Origin: Macrostomum lignano
Lineage: Eukaryota
NCBI GenBank assembly: GCA_002269645.1
Contig: NIVC01000223.1
Location: forward strand, 34,661 to 98,660
Length of the DNA: 64,000 nucleotides
Reading direction: 5' to 3'
The stretch's first letter is position 1. Every line of letters starts with the position of its first letter. A model generated the notes under the pieces. That model was not told where the DNA came from, did no database searches, and saw only the letters and a program-made list of their open reading frames with translations. Below are positions 54,151 to 64,000 of this stretch, piece after piece. Both the position numbers and the translations under genes were made by a program.

Positions 54151-54899
54151 ATTAATCCCCAAATACAAGAGTCCCTGTACACGTTTCTAAATAAATAAAT
54201 TAATATTTCAAACACACTTTGACTCTTCTCACATTGCACTACTCTCAGTAAAGATATTGGCGACTTATTAATGAAAAATATTTTTCTTACGAAAAAAAAT
54301 TAAAATTGAATACAAACATAAGAACGTCTCTCAGTGATCTCCTGTTGGCAAGCCTTGTTATAAGACAGCTTCTGTGTGTGAGTGAGTTTTAGCGAGTCGA
54401 TATTTAAAGACACCGCTTACTAACGCCATTAGCTGAGGGTGTTAGGACGCACGCAAATAGAAACACACGGATCGGTTGTATAATCTCCGATTCAAATATT
54501 TTTGTTCAAATCAGATCACAGATATTTTTTACAAAAAAACCGTACAAATTAAAAATAACTGAATTGGATCGAAAGCTTATAAAATGGCATTATAACAGAA
54601 TTCTGTGAGCATAGTCTCAATCTGTTCGAGCGCAAAATTAAAAAGTAAAATATTTATATTTTTAAGAATGACAATGAAGTGTACCAGGTATTTGAAGGGC
54701 AGTGAAGCTGCAAGATGTGTTTCGTGTAAAAGCAAATAGTTTAGTAGCGAGAAAAGCTAATTAGAAAATAAAATTGCTTTTTTTATAAATTAAAACACCT
54801 TTAGCATATGCGTTTATAAGCTTACATGATATAGAACGCGCTGAAAATGATTAACTACATCGAGCAGGATCTGAGGAAGAAAGAGAGTGAAAAGGGATT

Positions 54900-55360
54900 G
54901 ACGGAGGGTGACGGAGGGTGAAGGAGTGAGGGAGGGTGACGGAGGGTGAGAGGGTGAGGGAGAGTGGAAGGGCGAGGGAGGGTGAGAGGGTGAGGGAGGG
55001 TGAGAGGGTGAGGGAGAGTGGAAGGGCGAGGGAGGGTGAGAGGGTGAGGAGGGTGAGAGGGCGAGGGAGGGTGAGAGGGTGAGGGAGGGTGAGAGGGTGA
55101 GGGAGGGTGAGAGGGTGAGGGAGGATGGGGGAGGGTGAGGGAGGGTGAGAGGGTGAGGGAGGGTGAGAGGGCGAGGGAGGGTGAGAGGGTGAGGGAGGGT
55201 GAGAGGGTGAGGGAGGGTGAGAGGGTGAGGGAGGGTGAGAGGGTGAGGGAGGATGAGGGAGGGTGAGGGAGGGTGAGAGGGTGAGGGAGATTGAGAGGGT
55301 GAGGGAGAGTGAGAGGGTGAGGGAGGGTACGAGGGTGAGGGAGAGGGTGAGGGCGAGGGA
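54900..55360. repeat. 18-bp GAGGGAGGGTGAGAGGGT array
   Basis: Direct inspection. Confidence 0.93.
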
Positions 55361-55555
55361 GCTGTTCAGAAGAGACATGCAGAAAACACAGGCAGTCCAG
55401 CACAAACTGAAATTAAAAACAGACCAAGCCAAGAGATTTTACATTGAGACGCAGAGGATAGTCGCAAAGAGGGGGGACAAAGAACTATGAGCCAGTTCAG
55501 GCTGAGCCGCATAATAAAATAGGAGAGCTGAACAACTGACTCGCTAGCTCTACAT

Positions 55556-58500
55556 TCACTCGCTCGAACCTACATTAAAATCATAATCCTGATCGTTTAG
55601 CAGCGACTCGATGTAAGCCTCCTCAGGCCAAGGAAAATCCGAATCGAGCATAGCTCCCGGCAGCTGGCTGTCCGGAATGGGGCACCAGCGGTAGCCCAGC
55701 CAGTGCGACACCTTGCCGTAGGGGTCCGCGCCCACCGCCGAGTCGCCTCCTTCGCCAGTGTCTCGGTAAAGACAGCGTTCGGGTACCTGGGCAGGTGAGG
55801 GGGCTGTCTGTCATATATGTCTCATTGTGTCTGTCATATGTGTCTCATTGTGTCTGTCATATGTCTCATTGTGTCTGTCATATGTCTCATTGTGTCTGTC
55901 ATATGTGTCATTGTGTCTGTCATATGTGTCTCATTGTGTCTGTCATATGTGTCTCATTGTGTCTGTCATATGTGTCTCATTGTGTCTGTCATATGTGTCT
56001 CATTGTGTCTGTCATATGTCTCATTGTGTCTGTCATATGTGTCTCATTGTGTCTGTCATATGTGTCTCATGGTGTCTGTCATGTGTCTCATTGTGTCTCA
56101 TGTGTCTCATGGTGTCTGTCATGTGTCTCATTGTGTCTCATGTGTCTCATTGTGTCTGTCATATGTGTCTCATTGTGTCTGTCATATGTCTCATTGTGTC
56201 TGTCATATGTGTCTCATTGTGTCTGTCATATGTGTCTCATTGTGTCTGTCATATGTCTCATTGTGTCTGTCATATGTGTCTCATTGTGTCTGTCATATGT
56301 GTCTCATGGTGTCTGTCATGTGTCTCATTGTGTCTCATGTGTCTCATGGTGTCTGTCATATGTCTCATTGTGTCTGTCATATATGTCTCATTGTGTCTGT
56401 CATATATGTCTCATTGTGTCTGTCATATGTGTCTCATTGTGTCTGTCATATGTGTCTCATTGTGTCTGTCATATGTGTCTCATTGTGTCTGTCATATATG
56501 TCTCATTGTGTCTGTCATATGTGTCTCATTGTGTCTGTCATATGTGTCTCATGGTGTCTGTCATGTGTCTCATGTGTTTCATGGTGTCTGTGATATGTGT
56601 CTCATGGTGTCTGTCATATGTGTCTCATGGTGTCTGTCATATGTGTCTCATTGTGTCTGCCTTATCTGTCTCATGGTGTCTGTCTCCTCTGTCTCATCTG
56701 TCTCATGGTGTCTGCCCTACTTGTCTCACAGTGCCTATACAGATAGCATCGATGTTCATCCCCACATGCAACGCTCATCATTCATCAGATTCCCAATAGT
56801 CCAACCTCCAACTTGAGCAGTTCCGGTCCACGCAGCGCAGCCAACCCCACAATGGTATGCGCGCTGACGCAATAGCCATAGACAGCCAACTCTTCAAGCC
56901 TCGGGCACATCCAAGCTATCATCATCAGCGGATCTGGGCGACCCCGGCTCCAAGGCAGGGTCTGCCGACAGCAACAACCGATGTCGTTCATGCTCTCCAC
57001 TAGTCTGAGACAGCGCAGCCGGTGAGAGTGCCTGGCGCACACGAAATCAAATAGCGTAGGCGGTAGGCGCTGGCAAAAGTACATGCGTAGGCGGGTAAGC
57101 GGCAGATCGGCAGGCAGGATCGAACGAAAATGTTGCATAGCGCTTGGCGAGTGAAGCTGGAAAAAACAATTTCAAGGGTTAACAACGTGAGTATGAATGG
57201 CTTTTAATGTATGGGCTAAAGCCTCGGCATCTAATTAGTGTCTAGAAAACATCAAGTTACCATGGTAACAGAAGCTTCGCAGCCAATTTCGCCTAGAGCG
57301 GCCCAACTGCGAATGGCCAGTGCTGGCATCGACGAGGTGACGTCATTATGGACAAATAAGGACAGATGACGCAATAGACCGCCTCGTGCGAGAGACGCCA
57401 CCAGCTCCTCAGATACCTTGAAATTAATAAAATAGAATTATATCACTTAAAACAAGAGTAATAAATATATTTTAAAGTCAATCCCTGGCCCATATCTCAG
57501 CTCAGGTAATCAAAATGTCTTAATAACCCTTATCTCAGCTCAGGTAATCAAAATGTCTTAATAACCCTTACCTCAGCTCAGGTAATCAAAATGTCTTAAT
57601 AACCCTTATCTCAGCTCAGGTAATCAAAATGTCTTAATAACCCTTATCTCAGCTCAGGTAATCAAAATGTCTAAATAACCCTTATCTCAGCTCAGGTAAT
57701 CAAACTGTCTTAATAACCCTTATCTCAGCTCAGGTAATCAAAATGTCTTAATAACCCTTACCTCAGCTCAGGTAATCAAAATGTCTAAATAACCCTTATC
57801 TCAGCTCAGGTAATCAAACTGTCTTAATAACCCTTATCTTAGCTCAGGTAATCAAAATGTCTAACCCTTATCTCAAAACAGGTTACGAAAATGCCAAACC
57901 TGATTCAAGTCCAAACTCAGCCTCGTCAGTCTGAAGCATCTCAGCAAGCGGTTGTCAATAAATGGCACACGAGAACTGATTGGATCAGATCGCAACGAAG
58001 CGAGATGCAGAGATTTCAGACATTCGTGCTGCTGCAAATGATGCAACAATTTGTTCTGCCAACCATCAAAGCAGTCAGTTAGGCCCAGTGACAGGTGACG
58101 CAGTTGATGCGAGTGACAGATGAGAGACAATAGGCTGCGACAGAGTCTGCATGGTTAAGGTTAAAGAGGGAAAATATTACATTTATTCACAATAACTCAT
58201 ATTTACTTGATTGATTACTTAAACTTTAAATTACATATTCTTATAATTCATAATTCATATTAATCTTTAAACTGTTGGGATTTCAAGACTTCTATCAATT
58301 GTCAAATTTGTAAACATGGAGTCCATAGATCTTTGAAAATTCCGTGGGTATCTGATTGTAAAATTAAATAGCACTGCAATTCCGATGCTTATGAAAACTC
58401 AGCAAGCTACATATTCAGAATTCAATAGAATGTACATTTATTATTGAATAAAATCCTACAGGATTCTAGATCCAAAGGCCCTAAGCCCCTAGCTGTCACA

Positions 58501-60881
58501 CTGCCCAATGGAAATGGTAGGACTTCTATTACCTTGTGTCCTTGGTGATAAACCCAAATGCCATTATCTCTGACAGGAAAAACTAGGCCTGATTTACTAT
58601 GCATGATACATACCTAGCACATCAGAAACGTCTATTTAGCTACCAAAGATCACTTGAAGGTGCACCTTTATTATATCTAGCTATAAAGCCAATCTTCCTT
58701 GATATGGTATGGAGGCTGTGCCTTTGAGCAATATGCAAAAGTAAGCCTTGAATATGTTCTATTGATCGTTGCTACATTACAATACACACTAATTATGAAC
58801 TATGTACTGCCTAGAATATCTGCTAACCAATATTCTAATGATCTACACTGGAGCCCCATCCTTAAGAGCTACTCTATGCCAATGTCATCAGATGCTACTA
58901 GGCCATTGCATATAGACCCTAGGCCATAATGCACCCATTCCTCTAGTCCTAGCCTTATTGCAACCAAGCAACTATGCTAAAACCAAGCCTAGATTGCCAC
59001 TTTGACTGAGTGCCTTATCACTGATCTGAGACCTGCAGGCACTGCATTGATACCTAAAGCTACTGTTGCCTACCTTTCCCACATTTACAAAGTGTATGTG
59101 CAAAAGGTCTCCTTTCTATATCCTAATCTATAGAAATAATGAAGTAGGGCATGATATCTGTAAAGTGACTACTGATATTAACCTCTTTTTGTAACTAATC
59201 AGGTAAATTTTATTATTTTGTTTTAATATGCATGTTTATTTTTTTAAACTCACAAAATTTGTTTAAAATCATGCTAGCCAATGGCATTATAGCTCATCTT
59301 ATTATATAAAGGCTATCACCTGGCCAAAATAAATAGCATCTAATTTCTTGCTCTCAAAGCTTGCAACTTATCAAAACCAAAGTTTTCTAATGAACCTTCC
59401 ACTTACTTCTGTCAGTTATTTTGGGGAAATTCAAAGCCATAAGAGCTTGAAATAGGGAATTATAGAAGTCATGGAGACCTAGAATAGGAGTCTGAATAGA
59501 GAAATATTGAGGTCATAAAGGCCCAGAATACAAATACAAATTAGCTATATTGGCTCAAGTAGGATTAGACAATAGGCACAAAAGTAAGGGAGATATGAAC
59601 CAACTAGAAGCCTGTAGCTAAACATCCTTGGTCCCTAGGAAATGCCATTACTTTTAGGATTCAAATTAGAACATAGTGTTTTACCCACTCAGGTACTAAC
59701 CATTACTGTAAACTTTCTAAGAAAGTCAAGCAGAAATAAGTATCAATGGTGAAATTCTTAGCCAAGAATCAAGAACTGCAACTACTTAGTAGCATTTTTA
59801 AGGAATTTATCAGTAGGAAGAAGTAGACCTAGCACAATTGGTAGATTCTATAGGATCTTCATAGAAAAGATTACTAGTACTAGTAAAACTTGGTGACAAT
59901 AATGAGATCATTTAGGAGTGAACAAACAGACCTAGTACAACTTGGTGACAGCTATAGGATAAGTTACTACAGAATAGTCAGATTTTGCATAATGATAATA
60001 AAGAGAAAACATTTACAAAAGTTATAAAAACATAACATAATGTAAGTTAACACATAAGTTATAAAAAATAATAAAAATATAATTCTATTAAAGTAAAAAA
60101 TGCAAGCATTCTATTAACTGCAGTAGGCCTATAGGAATAGAAAGAAAAAAATTATTGCTAACTATTTCTAAATGCAATTATACTAAGATTAAGAAGTTAG
60201 ATGTCATCATCTAGACAATAATTTTAGTATATAGATTTATTTTTCGAAAATCTGCAAAAATCTTACAAGAATCTTGCAAGAATGTTTGGCTAATGTTTAT
60301 TAGCCAAACATTATAGAAGTCATAGCCATTAAGACCTACTTTATATATATATATTATATAATCTTGACTACAGCAATGACATAAAGTTTGGCTAAACTAA
60401 AAATGCATGTCCAAAGGTCAATAAAAAAGGTATGATAGGCATAGGCTTATTGTTGAACAAACCTTTGCATTGTGTCACATGAAGACCATTCAGAAGTAGC
60501 CAACTGAAGACCAGAATTAGAAGGTCTCAATGAGAATGATTGCAAACCATCACTGTTAACTAGAGCGCATGTAGTTGCAATTTCGTACAAGGACTCAATA
60601 CAACCTTCACAGTGTGAATTGAAGTGAACTGTAAGGTGTTGAACAGCTTTTAATGACATAAACTTGTCGAATTGATGAAGAGAAGCATGGTGATTTTCAT
60701 AGCAATCTTGAGCAAAATCTACATAAGCAGATCGCCATATTCTCTTAACAGTGTAGGAAGCTCGACGCCAGTTATAACACACAATACCAAAGTTTCTCGC
60801 ATCAGTGTTTGGCAGTAAACTTAACACTTGCTGTAAGACGTTGTGTGGCAGCAGTTCCCATCTGCTTTGCAAACTTTGCAT
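55556..60881 (-). CDS. FBXO33-like: F-box protein with LRR-like C-terminus, FBXO33/FBXO39-like, 5 exons, about 467 aa
   Basis: Minus exons 60881-60463, 58146-57900, 57416-57261, 57156-56806, 55786-55556 join in frame (1404 nt). F-box WELLPHNVLQQVLSLLP..VCYNWR. C-terminal DPLMMIAWMCPRL..VYGYCVSAHTIVGLAALRGPELLKLEV..VSHWLGYRW resembles my recollection of FBXO33-family C-termini; orthology not tested. Confidence 0.82.
55805..56725. repeat. 21/23-bp minisatellite TCATTGTGTCTGTCATATGTGTC (last F-box intron)
   Basis: Source of the Cys/Val/Ser-rich ORFs 55795-56816. Confidence 0.96.
57490..57872. repeat. 38-bp tandem repeat ATAACCCTTATCTCAGCTCAGGTAATCAAAATGTCTTA (F-box intron 2)
   Basis: CTCAGG recurs at 57501 and 57539. 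Confidence 0.96.
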
Positions 60882-61454
60882 TGCCTAAGAATCCAACGAC
60901 GGTTGAAAACAATAGTTTTCAAACTAGTGCAAGCAACTAAGTAATATTGGCTGGCTTTTTAGTACTTAGAACACTTTAGATGAGCAGCACATCGATTCGG
61001 GTTAATAAAGAAGATAAAGTTCGCTACCTCCACTGCTTCTGTTTTTTGTTCTTGGAAAGCAAAAAGTTAAAATCCTCTTTAAGAATATTGTATACTAAAA
61101 CAAAATACATAAGTAATGGCATTTCTAAGTAGTGATTTACAGAGTAACTTCAAAAAGATGCTAATATATTGTATATCTTCAGGAATTCACACCTTTTGTA
61201 TGCAGTCTAGCGGCACGTCCAGCAGGCACCTAGACTGTAGTATACGTAGGCAATCTAATCTTTTTTTACTGTGCAGATGAAAGGCGGTGGCACACAAGAC
61301 GTCTGCAGGCAGCTGATGCCTTTCTCCCAGCTGGTTTCATAACCCGTACATTCTTCAGGCTGAGAGCGGACGTCCAGAGCAAAAATCTGGACGCTCTGTT
61401 TGATTATGTAGATGACTGCACATGGCTCCGGAGCCCACACAGCCTCTGTTCTCC

Positions 61455-61735
61455 CCATCTCTCCCCTTTTCCCTCCTCCCTCTCCTCTCCTTTTTCCCCT
61501 CCTCTCTCTCCTCTCCTTTCCACTCCTCTCTCCTCTCTTTTCTCTCTAGAGGAGAGAAAACAGGGAGGCGAGAGATGCGATGAGAGAAAAGATAGAAGAG
61601 GAGAGGAGAGAAAACAAATAGAGAGGAGAGAGGAGAGGGGAGAGAGCTGAAGAGAGAAAAGAAGAGATCAGGGAAGGGAGAAGAGAGAAGAGAAGAGAGA
61701 GCAGATAAAGAGAGAAGAGAGAGAGGAGAGAGAAG
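61455..61735. repeat. CT-rich block followed by GA-rich block (foldback-like low complexity)
   Basis: TTTTCTCTC-TAGAG-GAGAGAAAA at the junction, 61538-61560. Confidence 0.8.
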
Positions 61736-62509
61736 TTCTTAAACTTCAGATTTTAGAATGTATAAATGCAAAAAGCTCCGAGGATTGGAATTTAGCGGGT
61801 TCAAAATCAGATTCAAAATAAAGTTTCAACAGCTTGTTTTCTTATAATACTAAACGGTAATATTGCTTTGAAGAAAGGGAAACTGCATTTAAATCTATTT
61901 ATTTTCAGCAATTAAGGCTGAACACTAGTTTTATAATTAGATATTAAAAACTTATTAGTACGAGTATATCTGAACTATAAAACACTAGTTTATAATTTAG
62001 ATATAAACATATACATGTATCAATTGAGAAACTGAGAAACTTTCAATGCAGAAACTGCACGATACCCAACTTTGAATCGCGGTAAGCACACAAGGACACA
62101 GTGTCAACATTTGTTTACAGGCAGTAATCAAATGCACCGTTAAAAACTTATTTTAAATTGACGTATTTAAACAAAAATCCAAATATCATTCAACAAATTC
62201 CTTGTGATTTTAACCACTCTTAGGTAAATCGATTTTTTGCTGCATGCAGCAGTTGCTTATTTTTGCGGCTAAATTTCCCTCAAAAGGGCCGTTTTAGAGA
62301 TTTTTGGCATTGGTTGAATACAAAAGTGCTATCAAATTCCCGTTCTTCTTATTTCATCGTTAAATTTCATATTTTCCACGCATTTTGACATCTGACACAA
62401 ATCAAGGTACCAAAACATGTAAAATTTTCGAGCAATTCTTTATCGAAACTTAAGTCATCCAACACTGTTCCCCTGACCTTACTATTAACTAGATCCCTTC
62501 AATCATAAC

Positions 62510-62730
62510 TGTAGACATTAGTCTAGTTTATTCATCCATGGGCCATTCGAGGCAATATTAAAGTGAAACAATCAACAACAAACAAATTACGCAGCCCCGC
62601 ATGTAAGGTCACAGTTAAAGCAGGGTGCGTCAGATGGCGCGCCGCAGAGCGGCGAATGTATAAGAGAGGTCGAACATTGAGAAATATTGAGAACATTGAG
62701 ATCAACGGTCAATAGACGTACATATTACAA
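62510..62730 (-). mobile_element. Putative 3' LTR or 3' end of the Gypsy element
   Basis: Downstream of pol on the minus strand: AATAAA (62532-62527) followed by ...CTACA ending at 62510, the typical LTR CA terminus. No clear polypurine tract, so the left LTR edge is uncertain and the partner LTR is outside the window. Confidence 0.35.
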
Positions 62731-64000
62731 GGTTCATAATAAATGTAATCATTATGGCGTCGGAATTGGACCCGGCGCCCGCTACAGGTCGCTCTAGGTG
62801 ATGAGTCCACCGGTTCCTCTGGTTTGGCGGCTTTTTCCGGCTGTGGGTTCGCGGCCGGCTGAACAGCAGGCTTCGGAGACGACAGTCGCGCCGGCTTGAG
62901 GCGATCGATAGAGACAGATTCGGGTTGCCTGACGGTAGGAAAATAACGAAGAACTTGTCGGTTCGCTGTTTCACGCGATACGGCCCTGAGTACGGCACCT
63001 CAAGCGGCGACCGCACGCGATCGACCCGAACCCAAACGAATTCAGCCATTTTCAGGTCCTTGGGTACGTAGCTTCGTGGTTCGTGCGTCGGTAGCTCTGT
63101 CAGCATTTCCTGCAGCCGTGTCCGAATGTCCGTTGGGGCGAGTGGTTCGGAAGTTAGAACGCGCGGAACCATTGGAAGCTCGCCGGTAACCCTGGTGAAC
63201 GGTGATACTCCTTGGTCGTCAGGTGCGACGTGCATCGCGAGAAGAGCCACAGGTAGGTCTTTCAGTCAGTCATTGCCTCGAGCAGGTAGCATCGTCTTCA
63301 GGGTGCGATGGGCTCGCTCGACCTTGCCATTGGTTTGAGGGTGGTACGCCGTTGTGCGTAATCGATGAAAACCAATTGATGTCGAGACCGAGTAAAAGAA
63401 TTCTGATTCGAACTGGCGCCCCCGATCAGTGATTACATACAGTGGCACTCCGTAGCGCGAGACCCAGGACGAGACGAATGCATGGGCGACTACTTCCGCG
63501 GTTATTGATTCCAGTGGTGTAGCTTCTAGCCAGCCAGTCGAGCGGTCAACCGTCGTGAGAAGGTAGCGGGCAGACTGGTGGCCAATTAGTCTTAGCATTA
63601 GCTGGTGGAAGTGGTCCCACAATATCGATGTGTACCGCCTCAAAGCGATTTGATGGTAGTGCGAAGGCCTGTTGGCGGGAGACAGTGTGGCGAGTGACTT
63701 TACTCCGTTGGCAGTCCAGGCAGTTCCAGCAGTAGGTCTTGATGGACTTGCGCATTCCGAGCCAAAAATAACGTTTTGTGATAAGTTTTGCTGTTTTACG
63801 GAAGCCGAAATGACCAAGTCAATGAAAGGAAGCAATCACGGCGTCGCAGAGAGACGGCGGATGATCGGGCGAGGATACGGCGTTGACGTCTCACACCAAA
63901 CGACGACGTCTTTGTCCAGAGAATACGATCGGATATTTGGTGCAGGTGAGAAGGTCGTTGTGCTTCAGCGATACTGGGCAGATCAACAGGGAATTTGACT
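62709..64000 (-). mobile_element. Ty3/Gypsy LTR retrotransposon pol 3' end (integrase), frameshifted, runs off the window
   Basis: Zn finger GHFG...YFWLGMRKSIKTYCWNCLDC, core HIDIVGPLP / ITDRGRQFES / TTAYHPQTNGKVERAHRTLK, C-terminal PYSGPY, SIDRLKPA and SGRRVQF. Motifs are spread over three frames. Confidence 0.92.

Noticed and set aside
55795-56816. Cys/His-rich ORFs resembling metallothionein or keratin-associated proteins (also 48420-49629)
   Set aside because: Translations of 22-23 bp intronic or intergenic minisatellites, open in several frames at once.
55556-60881. Calling the F-box gene FBXL3/FBXL21 (clock CRY ligase)
   Set aside because: The C-terminal motifs resemble FBXO33/39 more closely, and no phylogeny was run.
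61255-61458. 67-aa ORF upstream of the F-box gene as an extra exon or LINE fragment
   Set aside because: No recognisable motif and no convincing donor linking it to 60884.

Overview
Metazoan genomic DNA. By inference only, probably a free-living flatworm such as Macrostomum lignano (GC/CAG-rich exons inside minisatellite-packed introns); not verified. Hand-splicing at GT-AG sites gives five protein-coding loci: (1) a 9-exon, 7-cadherin-repeat delta-type protocadherin (+, 5076-21562); (2) a DLC1/STARD13/crossveinless-c-type RhoGAP-START gene (+, core exons 41522-47002) that probably starts at 27819 and shares its first two exons with a large polyQ-rich alternative terminal exon (31299-33706); (3) a divergent tetraspanin (-, 35415-40521) nested in that gene's long intron; (4) an intronless cytosolic sulfotransferase (-, 51409-52377); (5) an FBXO33/39-like F-box protein (-, 55556-60881). 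The right end is a frameshifted Ty3/Gypsy integrase, and there is one CORE-SINE copy. About 50 tandem arrays fill nearly every intron and explain most long ORFs in the ORF track. No rRNA, tRNA gene or CRISPR array is supportable. I cannot claim a proven new biological system. The best leads are: private intronic minisatellites with a 20-23 bp unit bias, several seeded on splice sites; a roughly 2 kb CpG desert in the F-box intron; inverted arrays bracketing the protocadherin CM1-like exon; the two-acceptor DLC/polyQ architecture; and a sulfotransferase bracketed by two sibling arrays with an identical 21-nt lead-in. All counts were done by eye, and exon joins are predictions without transcript data.
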